This document shows, piece after piece, positions 72,330-87,962 of a stretch of 124,000 nucleotides of DNA (position 1 is its first letter; each line of letters starts with the position of its first letter). The notes below the pieces were generated by a model. It was not told the origin of the DNA. It did no database searches and was given only the letters and a program-made list of their open reading frames with translations. The translations under genes were made by a program, and so were the position numbers. This DNA comes from Octopus vulgaris (lineage: Eukaryota), in assembly GCA_951406725.2 (NCBI GenBank), contig OX597826.1, positions 60,036,001 to 60,160,000 of the forward strand. Reading direction: 5' to 3'.

Positions 72330-73065
72330 AGCGGTTACAATAAGTCACGATTAAAAGAAATAGCAAATGAAATAACAAAGATAGTTAAACTCACGCATTC
72401 TTTCAACAAGCACAATACAACATGTGACAGAATTTCTTTAGTAGTTAACGGGTACCGAAATTTCGCTGGCATTTCAAAAGTGTTGTATGAAAGTTACCAG
72501 CATGTGGCGGAAAAATATTCTCCTTTCAAACAGATATTTTCACAGCCGCCTATTGTATCCTTTAGACGGAATAAGAATATAAGAGAATTATTGACCACTT
72601 TTTCGAACTCCAAGAAAACAAACGTTGGAGTACCTGCACGCTTCACCGTGAAAAACAGTCTCAAGATATGTAAGTTCATTGAGCAATAACATGAGTGAAG
72701 TGAATTCCATCAGGTATCATATCAGAAATATTCTGATTTATACAGATGGTGGAAACATGTAGAGATTCCCATTTGATGTACGCAGCAGAATGCACCAAAA
72801 ACAACATGATTTATGTTGATTGTACAACAGAACAATTAAACAAAAAAATTAGTGGGCACAGATATGACGTCAGGCATAATAACAGTAGTTTGACATAACT
72901 TGCTGAATACTTTGCTTCAAGCGGCTGCAATTTTGAAAAAAACTTGAAAGTGTATATTCTCAGAAAATATTCCGAATCTGTTTCACTTTCACTTCTCAAA
73001 ATGCATGAGGAGAAATATATTTACGACTTATTAACATCATGCCTTGAAGGACCGAATAAAATAAC
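72330..73065 (+). pseudogene. Penelope-like element ORF 3' part: post-RT linker plus GIY-YIG endonuclease
   Basis: GYNKSRLKEIANEITK...IFSQPPIVSFRRNKNIRELL, then LMYAAECTKNNMIYVDCTTEQLNKKISGHRYDV...EEKYIYDLLTSCLEGPN (GIY-YIG signature); contains stops and frameshifts. Confidence 0.85.
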
Positions 73066-73387
73066 AGGAAAATATAATCGAATTTACACAAAACTGTTTT
73101 ATTAAATATTCTTTTTCATTTTCCTTTCCTTTTTTCTTTACTCTTCTTTTTTTTGCCTTTTTGTTTCCGTCTGTTATAAAATTGAAACTTAAAGACGGAT
73201 GGTGTCATTCCATCAACGTGAGGACGCTGCTTGCTCTCATTCACAGTTTAGATTTGAATTTCTATAATTTTGAATTTTTTTCACTTTTTATTTTGAACTC
73301 GACAAAGACAGGCTTGCTGTTGAAATATCGTTCAACCAATAAAATATCTATTGCAATCGCATCGCACGCTTCGTCTTGTCTGTTATT

Positions 73388-73389
73388 TC

Positions 73390-73473
<84 letters not shown>

Positions 73474-73508
73474 CATTATTATTAATATCATTATTATTAT
73501 TATTATTA

Positions 73509-73595
<87 letters not shown>
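73388..73595. repeat. Long (ATT)n microsatellite
   Basis: Directly visible. Confidence 0.95.
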
Positions 73596-73602
<7 letters not shown>

Positions 73603-74394
73603 CTGTACCATTCACAACATTGCCAGTATGATTGTTATTACTATCACCAATATCATTATTTTCCCTGTTATAATTCGTAAATTGATTGGTTGTTATAAAG
73701 CTTTTATTAATACTAAGATCGCCTTAATATTAGGCTAGCATAGCTAATTTCACTATCTAATTCACGGTTTCTATTAACTTGAGATTTTCCCTTATTGCTA
73801 ACCGATCTTTCTGTTATCCATAAAGCTCTTTTTACTATTCCAATTAGAATATCCCTCATTATTTTTACTTTATTATTATGGTGATCGCTATTATTCTTTA
73901 TCCCTTTCAATCACTTTTGCATCTTTATCGCTATTTTTAATCTCACCATTACGAACATAATGAATTTTCTCCTCATAAGCTTCTTCAGCTAAAGCTAAAT
74001 TACAGTATTTCTTGTTTCGCTTAAATATTCTTTCATTTACTTAAAGTTTACGGATTCTAAGGAGGGACCTTCTAGGCATAAAATTTATATGTAATTTTCG
74101 AAGAGTGGATATTCGTCTCACATTTATGGGGCTCCCATTTCATTTGTGGTACGCAGTATCAAACCACAGACTAACGTACAAAGTAACATTCAGAAAGTTT
74201 ACTTTATTATACTCATTCTCCATGGAGATGAATAGACATGAGCTCTTACAAAACATTTTTCTTATATGTTTCTAAGATGAGCTTATTATAACTATTATAA
74301 CTATGAATAGTTAACAAAGCCTCGTCCCTACATAACCTCCCATGCAAATGCAGGAAATTCCCTATTTAAACATTGTCATATATATATGTATATA

Positions 74395-74455
<61 letters not shown>

Positions 74456-74787
74456 CAATGTTTCGTAACTTAAAAACATGTATATAATTTACAGTATTCT
74501 ATTTAATGTTAAATAAAACAATTCAATGTCTGAGTTAATGCAAAATGCAAAACAATGTTTCAAAATAATATAGAAATTGAGCTACGTCCTCAGCTGAAAG
74601 AAAGTCTTTCGAATTGCTTAGTAATATATCACCAAACTAAATCGATGTCATTTATGACTTTATACACACCATATCGATTTCTCATATAATTTACTATATA
74701 TTCCATATATTTTGTAGAAGGATGCATTAAGGAATTTATTTATGAGTACTACTGAATTACCTGAATCCATGTAATGTGATGTAAATA

Positions 74788-74841
<54 letters not shown>

Positions 74842-74856
74842 ACACACAGACACACA

Positions 74857-74888
<32 letters not shown>

Positions 74889-75175
74889 TAACATGGGATC
74901 ATTATAAACGGCAGATTTTAGCCATTTCTCCGCAGATTGAAAAAAATCTGATGAACAACCTTAATCGATTTTCGAACATTATTGAGTTCTCATCAGAGAC
75001 GTCTACATTATTCTGACAGTTTCCAGAGACACAAACAGTCAATCTCTTTCTATACTCAACATATGCAGCAGTTACTCAGTTACTCTATGGAGGAGTAACT
75101 AACTTGATACTGATCTTAGTCCATACAGTATCAAGGTACATAAATATGTAACACACACACACACACACATATATA

Positions 75176-75239
<64 letters not shown>

Positions 75240-75363
75240 CATATACATGTACGCTACTAAGGTAGTTGTTTGTGAAGTTTTGCCGGACCACTATAGTGAT
75301 TTTAAAGTTGGTCTGCAATATCTGTATAATTATTTCCTCTCAATTTTTCTTCTCCTTTCTGCA

Positions 75364-75395
<32 letters not shown>

Positions 75396-75748
75396 AATAT
75401 ATGCATATATATTAACAGCTACATACGTATACACAATAACTCTCACATAATAGTATGTTCGATGATATTCATATGTGTGCCTCTGTGTAAACGTGTACAA
75501 GTTCTATGTTCTTTGTCCAAATTTAAATTAAATGCGTCTTAAGACCACATATTAAGACCACTTTTGAGAATTCACTCCCGCAGACTTCATACATTTCTTC
75601 ATATACTTATTTCCGAAAGTGTTTGAACATGATTACTTATACACTCAAGTACAAAACAAATGTACATCTACATTTATATCTATAGATATATCTATAGACT
75701 TAGGTCTCTATCACTTTGTCTCTCTCTTTCTCTCTCTACACACACATA

Positions 75749-75790
<42 letters not shown>

Positions 75791-76004
75791 CATGTGTATA
75801 CATATGTGTGTGTGTGAGTGTGTGTATGTGTATGTGTGTGGGGGGGTCAAAATAAGCAACAGGATATCAAGTAGTGATGCAGTGCTGATTTTATTCAACT
75901 TACTTCAAACTCAGCGGATAATACCGGACTCACTTGTTGCTTCAATGTAAGTACCTAATTCAACTGAATCTCAATTATTTCTTATATATCTATATGTGTG
76001 TGTG

Positions 76005-76036
<32 letters not shown>

Positions 76037-76099
76037 TGTATGTATATATGCATGAATATATATTTATATATATATATCCATATGTATATAGTTTAAATT

Positions 76100-76245
76100 T
76101 ATAGAAATCGAAAGAGTAACACAGGTGTGGAATCAACAAAGATGTGTATTAGTTTAACGCTCGGGAAGAATGGAGAAGTCTTTTGCGTCTCGAGCCTGCG
76201 CTCTTCAACAAAAAGGAGCCAGAAGAAAAAACGGAGAGGTAATCT
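76100..76245 (-). mobile_element. H1 element (decayed hammerhead)
   Basis: Minus strand TTTT-GTTGA-AGAGCGCAGGCTC-GAGACGCA-AAAG plus H1 tail CCCGAGCGTTAAACTAATACACATC. Confidence 0.65.
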
Positions 76246-76252
76246 ATATATA

Positions 76253-76745
76253 TACTTGGTCATCCCATAAATAATGCTGTTTTTTCAACTGAATGGACTA
76301 GAAATCGAAGGAAAACAGGATAAACTACCTGCATCAACTTGCTGTAAAAGCAGGTAGTAATTTTACCTTGTGATTATTCTTAGTGCAAGTTTCAAAGAGT
76401 GCAGTTCGATTTTAGCAGTTATATTTTCAAAGTCATAATGGAAATGACAAGGGTGCATATTCGGCATACTTTGCTTTATGAGTTCAATAAAGACAACGAT
76501 GCATCAGAAAGTGAAAGGAATAACAATGCAGTATATGGGGACTGGACCATAAGCGTAAGCCAGTGTCAACGGTAGTTCTACAAATTCCGAGTCGGAAACT
76601 ACAGCCTAGTAGACGAGCACCGTGATTCAGAGGTCGATGAGAACGTCCTGCAAACCCTGGTGGAACAAAATCCCATCGTAACTGTTCAGGAACTAGTAAA
76701 GAAGCTTGGATTTGGTCATTCAACCATTCATTGACACCAGCACTA
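76253..76745 (+). mobile_element. Mariner transposon 5' part (TIR plus N-terminal transposase from ATG 76438)
   Basis: TIR-like TACTTGGTCATCCCATAAATAATGC. Translation MEMTRVHIRHTLLYEFNKDNDASESERNNNAVYGDWTISVSQCQR*FYKFRVGNYSLVDEHR...VDENVLQTLVEQNPIVTVQELVKKLGFGHSTIH is a mariner HTH. Confidence 0.9.
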
Positions 76746-76809
76746 TAAGAAAAGCAACTGTTGTTTTTTTGTTGTTTTTTTTTGGTGAATTCTTCCGATA
76801 TATATATAT

Positions 76810-77130
76810 AGGGAGAGAATTCAGAAAACAAAAGCAAAAGACGAAGAGAGGTAGTGTAGACAACAGACAGATACATTAGTATAACACTCGGGAAGTGGAA
76901 AAGTATTTAATGTTTCGAGCCTACGCTCTTCCACAGAGAAGAGCTCAGAAAGAAACAAGGAGAGAAAATAAAGAATGAGTAGTGACTAGCGATCTATCAT
77001 GGCGAAACCCGGACAGAAGTGTCACACAGGAGACCTAGGGGAAGGGGTGATAAAAAAGGGGATGGTGATCCCAAAATGAAGGTGCGCGTGCGATTGTATA
77101 AGAGAGTTTGTATGTGCGTAATGAAGAGGG
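76810..77130 (-). mobile_element. H1 element with longer 5' region
   Basis: Minus strand TTCT-CTGTGGA-AGAGCGTAGGCTC-GAAACATT-AAAT at 76906-76939. Confidence 0.7.
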
Positions 77131-77738
77131 CTGGTGTTCTTGACTTGTTCGTGTGTGTATGATATATATATATATATATATATGTATAATTTTCCTCTTT
77201 TTTGCCTTCTCTTTCTAGTACGAAAAAAAGTCTGAAAGAGAGAGTGGCGAAAGAACGTAAAAAGCTCTTTCTTTACATAAAAATCTTTAAAAAATAATTT
77301 ACCCCAGGAATTTGAAATCTAATAATAAGGTCTCCATATGTATTAAACGAATTTGTAATTTTATCATGTTTTATTTATTTTAATCTACATATTATTTTAC
77401 CCTTGTCACGTTGAACATCATTCTAGATAGAGTGTTTAGCAACGCATTTGTTGTTCTGTTTTGCTGTGTAATAACTACGAAATAATATCTTTACTGAAAT
77501 ACATTGGCGTTCTTTTTGTATGTATTTATATATAAAAAATCATACGCATTTTCATATCATTCTCTATATTTATTTGTAAGGTTTTGTGTACAATCATTTC
77601 CAAGAAAGTGCTTTTAGGCGTATGTTCGTTCCACATTTCATATATGAGTAATTATTTTTCACAATCAATTAACGTATGGCTAATATAAATAATATTATTA
77701 ATATTAAATTAATATTAATAATATTAATATATATATAT

Positions 77739-77804
<66 letters not shown>

Positions 77805-78177
77805 TGAAAAAAGAAAAACATTCCATCATTTCATCCTGCAAGGTTGATTGGAGTTTCTAGTTTTGGTTAAAATGAATGTAATTATGTTCGATGTAATGCT
77901 AACTTAGCAGATTTTTTGCTGTCAGTGAGCCATAAATTTCTGTATTTCAGAGGCAAATATATTTACACGTAGATGCATTATCACAAGTTTATGGATAAAT
78001 ACCGATATTAAACATACATTATACTCTCACCCGTAAGCACAAACACACACGCACGCGCGCATACACGCAGAGGCGCACGCACTCACACACACTTCTAAGA
78101 CCATATATAGAAATTGCCATGCACAGTTAAATGTGTGTGCGTGTATATATATATGTATGTATATATATATATATATT

Positions 78178-78241
<64 letters not shown>

Positions 78242-79156
78242 CAAATGCACTTGCATATTATAGTCAATATGTCGCTGAGAACAATTATGCATATTACTAT
78301 ATAAATATGCATAGATATTCTTAGATATATAAATGTAAATAACATTTATCTACATTATATATGTAGATGCATACACATTGATACAGACACGCATACGTAC
78401 ATACATATACACACACACATACGATATATATATATATATATATACGCAAATATTAGAGATTGAGGCAGTGTCGTAATATGTATGTAAATATGTACATTTT
78501 ATTAACTCAATCTCCTAAAAGAGAATCAGATTGTAATTCGCGTTAGTATGAAATTGTACAGAAATTTCCATTTAGCTATTTATGTATGAGAAATATTGTA
78601 TCGTAATGCGATATATTAATAATTTTATAATGAAACATATCAAATATAAAAAGAAGTGAAAATTACTTTGCATATAATTCTGAACAATTCGCGTATTGTT
78701 AATATTGAAAAATCTTTATCTAGCTCTTAGTAATTGATTCTTTAGATAATAGATATATGTTAGTAGCTCGAAGCATTTAAATGGGAATGACTTTTATATA
78801 AATATATTCGTACCAATTCCATTTGCTACTCTGTTTTTCTCGTTGTCTTCTTTATATTTGAAGAAATGGAATTATATTGAATAATTTTGTCAAATGGTTT
78901 TTCAAAAGAAATTTCTTTAAGGTAGGCAAAAGAAAATTAATTTTTTGACTTTGCTTCTGCTTATGTACACTACGGAGAAAATATTGATGGAAACAAATGA
79001 AACGGCGCAACCGTTTATTAGCGACACGTAGGAGCATATATGCATATACACACATATAGCGGTACAGAGATAGAGAAGAGAAAACTAATGGCAGATATAT
79101 AAGGTGTCACTGAGATTATATAGCTTGTGTATGAGACTATATAGATAAACACATTC

Positions 79157-79226
<70 letters not shown>

Positions 79227-80023
79227 TACGTACCTATAGAGGAACACTAACTATAACAAAATAAAAAATGATTTTGGTTTTTACCACTATAGAATTTTGT
79301 GAATTCTTGTTACTAATATTTTCAAATTAAGAGACTATCGCTCTGGTTATCTGAGAACTATAACATGAAACTCGAGTTAACTTATAGAAATATTCTACTA
79401 AACAAATAATTTGTTTTGTCTGCAAACGAAGGCATCCCTACTTCGACTTGAAAGAAACATTCTCGTGAATAAAATTAGAATATCTTATTAGTCAAAAATT
79501 AGGAAAAGGGCCGGTATATTTGCAAATAAAATGTTAACACCATCGATATTAATTCATTTGCCTTACAATTAAAACAATGACGATTAATGATATTAAAGTA
79601 CTGACGAAAACAAAAATGGTACAATTATTATATGCAGTTCAATTTGGTAATAATTTATTCCTTCAGAAGCAAGCAAATGGAAGAACATAGAATAATTTAG
79701 AAAGTCAGATTAAAAGTAGGAAAAGTCAGCTCAATGGTAAAATAAGCAAAGGAAACAAGGAAAATACAATTTTTTTGTATAACTTATGGAAGTTCTAGAT
79801 TTCTATATGATCTATAGTTTATAGAACTTTTGAAGGGTCTAGAGAACTTTTAGAACTTAAGGGAGTTCTAGAGTTCTATATGATACTTTTAGAGTTCTAG
79901 AGTTCTATATGATTATGAAATCAGCCACGCTGATTTGGATGCATGCACTACTTCGGAGTGCTCATATCGCATTCCTCCAAACAATTCCTTATGTTTATGA
80001 GAAACGATTTTGATTAGCCATTC

Positions 80024-80064
<41 letters not shown>

Positions 80065-80434
80065 CGTGCGTGCGTGTGTGTGTGTGTGTGTGTGTCTTTG
80101 GTGTCAGCGTGCTGATTATGATTAGTCTTCTTTCTGCTTTTTGCTGTCATGTATATAAATGTTATACTAGTCAGCAACACTGGTGTTGATACTGAAGTTC
80201 GTATAATTTCTTTTGAAACAGAAAACGCAATTAGTTCGTTTTGTTACATTCCATTTTAAAATGTTACTAAACGACTTACGAGGTTGAGACCTTTGACAGA
80301 CCTTTTCTCATGTTTATATATCGCATCAGAATGTGGACAATGATCGTATGCACAGATTTGAATCCAAACCATGTACGACGAACGTTGCATTTCATGATGT
80401 TACTGCAAAGCGCGCGTGCTTTTATATATATTTC

Positions 80435-80660
80435 TTTACTACCCACAATGGGCTAAACATAGAGGGGACAAACAAGGACAGACAAAGGGATTAAGTCGAT
80501 TACATCGACCCCAGTACGTAACTAGTACTTAATTTATCGACACCGAAAGGATGAAAGGCAAAGTCGACCTCGGCGGAATTTGAACCCAGAACGTAACGGT
80601 AGACGAAATACGGCTACGCATTTCGCCCGGCGCGTTAACGTTTCTGCCATCTCGCCGCCG
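80435..80660 (-). mobile_element. SINE family B (long tail) with TSD
   Basis: Full copy flanked by CGCGTGCTTT(T)ATATA. Confidence 0.9.
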
Positions 80661-81801
80661 CGTGCTTTTATATAAGTGCGTGTCTTTGCATGTCTTTGTG
80701 TGTATGCGCATGCGTTTGTTTAGGTATATGTGTGTGAGTGTGTGGACCTTGTGAGTGTGTATAACAGATATATGATCAACTAGTTCGTTTTTATATATGT
80801 TTTCAATATATTTCATTTAGCCATTATTATTTTACTTTATTTTCTTACATATATGTTCTGTAGTACATTTAATGAAATCCTTTTTGAATTTATATGGTCA
80901 CTAATGGTTTGGTTTCAAACTCCATAACTAATATAACCCCAGTGTTTACCCTGGAGATACCAGACGGCAAAACGAGATGAAATGTATTCGCCAGTGCAGT
81001 AAAAAAAAGGATATCTTCATAATTATAAACTTACTTAGTCTGTCTGCGGGGGACAAAACCATAAGAATGCATTAAGTAACTATCATTTAACTGAACAGTC
81101 GCTTCGCTGAATGCCTTCCGTCATCCTATGAAACAGCTACTTAGAGAGACACATAATTTTCTGTTTGCATACGCAGACACTCACATACATATGGATGCAT
81201 ACAAGGAAAGACAGACGCATACAGGCACTCTAGAACGCACAAATATATTTATACATACACACACACACGCACCTACTCACACGCATACACGCGTGCACAC
81301 ACACATATATGTGGATGTATGTCGCACGATAGTAACGGTATTACATGAATCGATACATTAGACGACAGATACATACTCTCACATACATATATGTTTGAAT
81401 GATAATAGCTCGGGAAGAAGAATTCAAAATATATGGATGAGAGTCGAGAAACAGAAATTTTCATAGATCTGGACAGTGATAATTGCAAGAATACAAGAAA
81501 ATGTAATGCACTCTAAAACGTAGATAAATAAATGAAATGCCGCAACGTTGGGTTGTCTGTTCGGAAATTAGATTCAACATTTTGTGTAGGGTGTTGAGCA
81601 TACGTAGAAGCAGACACAGAAAATGGTAAATTTTTTTACTAATGTTAAATCAGTGACATGACATCATTGAGATTGCCAGGATGGAACTTCGATATTTTGA
81701 CAAAACTTTGCATGAACAAAGCAATCAGTTTTCTTCATACAATGTACCACCGACAAATCCGTTAAACACGTAGTTGTGTAAAAGATACAGAGAGACTGGC
81801 G

Positions 81802-81874
<73 letters not shown>

Positions 81875-81907
81875 TATATATGTAGGTATGTATGTATATA
81901 TATATAT

Positions 81908-81979
<72 letters not shown>

Positions 81980-82034
81980 GTGGATATATAGATGGATAGA
82001 TAGATGGATGGATGGATAGATGGATGGTTGGATG

Positions 82035-82085
<51 letters not shown>

Positions 82086-82086
82086 G

Positions 82087-82153
<67 letters not shown>

Positions 82154-82813
82154 GGGAGTGTGTATGAATAATTATTTCGGTATAAGTGTAAAGAAAGAAG
82201 TTTGTGAGCAGCTTAATTATTGGTTCATGAATGTTTGTGTAATTGAGGAAAGAAAACTGAACATAATAAAGTCGTCATTATAAATAAAGATTACCCTAGG
82301 TGATATATTTTCCCTATACTTAATATTTAAAACATCCAAATTGCTCCATATCCAACGACAATCCTGTTTATGTATGTTGTACATCTTCCACGTGAGGTAA
82401 TGGAATAGGAGATAAGTAATTACTTAATTATATCGCATCTTCCATGGAAATGTATTGTTTATAAATCAAGGAAAAGCAGTGCCGAAAGTATGAGAAAACG
82501 AGAGAGCTGCATAGGTAAATACAGGGATAGGTATAAATATTTATCAATGTACCTAATTTATGCAAAGCACTGCAAAGAGTACGGTGTTTCTGCAAGTTCT
82601 AATTTAAAGTAAGTTAGGGAAAACTTTCATTGTTAGATTTTTCTTCTTCTTAGTGTCAGATATGTGAGAACATAGTACATACATATTTGATTCATTATAG
82701 TCCTGTGATGATCCGACCAACGGGATATGAACAGAATTCTCTCAGACGGTAACTGTGCAGATGCAGCTTTTCTACAAAACAAATGTTTTGAAAGGTTGGA
82801 GCATTTCTGCATT

Positions 82814-82865
<52 letters not shown>

Positions 82866-82973
82866 TTCATTTATAAATATACATATATATATACACACAC
82901 ACACATAAATATGCATATATATACATATATAAATATATATATATATTTATACTTATAAGCACACATATATATA

Positions 82974-83014
<41 letters not shown>

Positions 83015-83491
83015 ACATGCACACACACACACACACACACACATATATGTATGTATATATATATATATATACATACGCACGCACACACACAAACGCGAAG
83101 GCCAAAGTAACTCTTTCATCTTTTATCTTGTATGTTTTGCTTGTTTCAATCATATGATTGCGGCCATGCTGGGTCACTACCCTGGAGAGTGCTTCGTCGA
83201 TCGAATCTGTCCTAGTACGTTGTTAAGTATGGTACTTATTCTTTTGTTTTATTTTGTCGAGCTGCTATGTTGCGGGGTCGCAAACAAACAAAGAACGGTC
83301 GTCAGATGATGCTTGGGTATTATCAAAGACACAAAATCACCACCCTTACACACGCATCTCTCTGACCTGCTATATATAGCTATATCTATCTATCTGTATA
83401 TAGATATATATATACACACACACTAACACACACATACACACACACTAACACACACATACGCACACACACATATATATATGTGTGTGTGTGT

Positions 83492-83785
83492 GAAGGCGCA
83501 TGGCTAAGAGCTTACGATCGTGAGGTTGTGAGTTTGAATGCCGGACCGGGCTGCGTGTTGTGTTCTTCAGCAAGACACTTTATTTCACGTTGCTCCAGTT
83601 GCGACGTCACTGGTGCCAAGTTGTATCAGCCTTTGTCTTTACCTTGGATAACACTGGTGGCGTGGAGAGGGGAGGCCGGCATACATGGGTACTGCTGGTC
83701 TTCCATAAACAACCTTGCCCAGACTTGTGCCTGGGATGGTAACTTACTAGGTGCAATCCCACGGTCAGTCATGACTGAAGGACGA
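83492..83785 (+). mobile_element. SINE family D2
   Basis: GAAGGCGCATGGCT head, CAGCAAGACACTTTATTTCACGTTGCTCCAG core, D2 tail. Confidence 0.85.
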
Positions 83786-85646
83786 GCTTCTTTCAGTTTC
83801 CTCCTGCCATATCTACTCACAAATTTTTGTAATTCTGACGCAGAAATATACATATACATGAGCGTGTGCGCGTTTATATATGTTTATACGTGTACACCAT
83901 CATATAATATCATCTACTGGTTTGATAGTTCGTTCTTTAATGGACAATATATTCGCATGTGTGCAGAGTATGAGATTATATGAGTGTGCGTTTTATATAT
84001 ACATAAACACATATATATTCAATGTATGATATATATATATATATATATATATATATCATTGTAGGTGCTACTGGGATGAAGATGGAGGGAAGTTTAAAAA
84101 GAGAGAGGCGAAGCGAAATGGCGACTGAGGAATATATATTAAACATGAAACAGAGTAACAGAAGAGAAAGCTGGTCAGCGAAGCAGCGGATGTTTGTGCT
84201 CGTATGGGTGTATGATTTTATAAACAATCCGTACAATTTTAGATATCATTAAAGAGCAATTTGTGCAGCAATTAGCATGCATGTATTTTTTTCAGAAATA
84301 ATTTCCGGCAGCCATTAAAATTATCCATATTGTTATGTTTTTCAATGTTTACTAGAGTTGGAAAGTTGATGTATTTTGTGGAACTGTGTGTATGTGTGGA
84401 TGGGTATATATGTGTTTGTTTATAACAGTCAAACTCTTCGTATGCAGCCGCTTACGCACATGCTTTAATCTAACGCACAGTGTGTGATTATATACGTAGG
84501 TATTTCTCCAGCTTCTACAATTTTATATAATGCACAACTATCTATCTTTCTATCTAACTATTTATCTATCTATCTATCTCTCTCTCTCTCTCTATCTATA
84601 TATATATATCTGTCTATCTATCTATCTATATATATATATATATTTACATTCAAATATATACATACATATATACATATGTATACATATATATACATATATA
84701 CATATATATACATATATATATATCATATATGTTTTTAAAAATATTTAGATATATAGATACATAAATTCATGCATATGTATATGCACATATATATGTGTGT
84801 GTGTGTGTGAGTGTGTGTGTATCTATGTATTTATAAGTGTGTATGTATCTACCTATATATGTATATATATATATATATATGTATAGATAGATAGATAGAT
84901 ATATGTATGCATGTATGTATGTATGTAAGTATGTATGTATGTATATATTTGCATAAACTTCATGTAAGTGGAAACATTACATTATTATAATTCTTATCAG
85001 ATGTAACTATTTCTTAGAAAACTTGTAGACTTTTAGTTCGAATCATCCATGGAACATTCCACATGATTTTGCTTTGAGAGGAAGCGGGTACCATTTTCTA
85101 ACACAAAATAGAATCATCTGTTATCTAAAGTTGCATTCACTTCCAGAAACATTGCCAATCAATGCTCTTACATTCTGCAAGGCATAGAAATATATACGGA
85201 TGTAGGTTGCTCATGCAGAATTCGTTGGAGGAATTCGCTTAAATTTTATAGAAAGATTAGAATATTATGAATTTCTTTCTTCCTATATATTTCTTGGCTT
85301 GATGTTGAAAAGAGGAGGATCAATTATGTTTCGTTTTAGGATTTGCCTTGTAATGTAACGGGAACATGGCTTTTGCACAGATAAATCCATCTATCTATCT
85401 CTCTAACGAACTATCTATCTATCTATCTATTTATCTATGTATCTCCTTCTCTCTATATATTTGTGCGTGTGTATAGATACATATATATATAAGAATTTTT
85501 TGCGTAATAAGATTAAAAAATCCAAGGCTGTGTAGATATTAGAGAATTTATAGATAGGTGTTTCTAGGATATTTATTAATAATATCCCTTCATCGGAGAC
85601 GGTATGAGAGGATAGTTGAGTCATAGTTTGTTTTAGAATATAAATA

Positions 85647-85705
<59 letters not shown>

Positions 85706-85933
85706 AAAAAAAAATGAAGCTGGATCTCTTCCTGTCAGGTGTCCCAGATGAACCAACTTCACGGCAGGAGGGGCAGATGAGGGCAGCTGCATCGAACTCT
85801 CTCATGCACCAAATAGCAGTTGCTAGAAAGCCTCCATGAAGTGAAACCAAGTAGCAACACCAAATGGCGGTGCCCCAGCATGGCCACAGCTCATGAGCTG
85901 AAACTAGAATCAATCAATCAATCAATCATATAC

Positions 85934-85966
<33 letters not shown>

Positions 85967-86112
85967 AGTGTATAAATATATGATCAGATACATACATCCA
86001 TAAATATATAATCATACATGTATATAAATACGTATTTATACATGTATATAGACACACATATATATATATATGTGTGTGTATGTGTGTGTGTGTGTATATA
86101 TATGCATGTATA

Positions 86113-86425
86113 TATCACCGTAATCACCGTGACCGACCAGACTATCAGATGTTGCTACACATCGCTAGTCATAATGCGCTTCGCATTGTTTTTAGCCTTC
86201 AACTGACGCCACCCCGCTGGCTAAGCGAGCAGGCCAACACAAGAAAGAGTGAGAGAAAGTTGTGGCGAAAGAGTACAACAGGGATCGCCACCACCCTCTG
86301 CCGTGGCCTCGTGGAGCCAAGGTGTTTTTGCTCAATAAACACTCACCACGCCCGGTCTGGGAATCAAAACCGCTATCCTACGACCGCGAGTCCGCTGCCC
86401 TAGCCACTGTGCCATTGCGCCTCCA
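86113..86425 (-). mobile_element. SINE family C2
   Basis: Same organisation as 42537-42846. Confidence 0.9.
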
Positions 86426-86428
86426 CGC

Positions 86429-86466
<38 letters not shown>

Positions 86467-87090
86467 TTATCTATTTACGTATATATATGGCAAATAAAAG
86501 ATGGAAGATGTAATATACGAGAACTTATTATTAATCACGTATGTGCGTGTGGATGTGTGCGTGTGGATGTGTGTGCGTGTGCGTGCGTGTGTGTGTCTGC
86601 GTGTGTGTGTTTGAATGAAAGTAGTTAGGTAAATACGACTGGAATGGAAAGAAAAAATATTTTCAAATGAAAACAAAAAATACAAAGGAAGACACAGTCA
86701 GAAACAGACAGAGAATGCAGCCTGAGTGGGAGAATTAAATAGAGATATCACTAAAGCTAATACATATTGAATCTAGAAAACAAATTTCATAGCTTTCTAA
86801 ATTATACTAAAATTCTTACTAAAAATATGAGTGTATATTATTTATGGATAATATACACAGGGAATATATATATGCTAAAAGAAATGTATATATGAAATAT
86901 ACACCGTATACTAATGGTACTTTTACAAATGTGGAATGATTTTATTTTATATTAATAACTGAAGCAGAGCTTTTAAATTTTCATCAGCGTACATCAAAAC
87001 AAGGGAGTATTAACATTTGGTTGATATTAAATTTGTTGTGAATGTTTTTACTTGCTTTTAATTTCTGCGTCTATATTTTTCACTTAATTG

Positions 87091-87136
<46 letters not shown>

Positions 87137-87548
87137 GTGGATTAAGGTATATCAAATTATATACGTGTGTGGTATTGTACAGATGTAATAATATTATCTT
87201 ACGTAAAATTGCAAAAAAAAAAACACGGAATTAAAAACGTATCATTTCGGAGTACAAGCATTAAAAATTCCGCATATAACACTGACACACGATATACGTT
87301 TCTTTTTCTCTAAAAATCATGTGCATTTATAAAACACAGGCGGATTTTCATTTTTATATTAATGGCGGTCGAATTTTATCATATTCTATCTATGCACCTA
87401 TATCCGGCAGTCAGTCATTATATGTACCAAACAATCTTCCTATCAAACTATATATGTATATGTATATACACACGTATATGTTGTGTATATGTATATACAC
87501 AAAGAAATATGGACGCAAACACAAATATCCATATATCTGTCTGTGTAT

Positions 87549-87624
<76 letters not shown>

Positions 87625-87742
87625 ATTGAATTTGACTGTGTTAGTACCTTTGTCTTGATCTGACTATAAATATTTCTGCATTCAACACGTGTTCAGGCTT
87701 GTCGATAAGTAATTAAGAGTTTTGAGGATTTTCTCTTTTGCT

Positions 87743-87862
87743 TTCTTCTTCTTCTTCTTCTTCTTCTTCTTCTTCTTCTTCTTCTTCTTCTTCTTCTTCT
87801 TCTTCTTCTTCTTCTTCTTCTTCTTCTTCTTCTTCTTCTTCTTCTTCTTCTTCTTCTTCTTC
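87743..87862. repeat. Perfect (TTC)n, about 40 units
   Basis: Directly visible; source of the poly-K/F/S ORFs. Confidence 0.97.
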
Positions 87863-87915
87863 TCTTTATTTAATACACAGACACTCATATATACAATCAT
87901 ATAAACAATCACATT

Positions 87916-87962
<47 letters not shown>

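Noticed and set aside
79780-79920. Repeated GTTCTAGAGTTCTATATGAT units
   Set aside because: Appears to be an ordinary degenerate minisatellite with no further structure evident.
84121-84162. CTGAGGA...GAAACAGAGTA hammerhead-like string
   Set aside because: No stem I complementarity and a very weak stem II.
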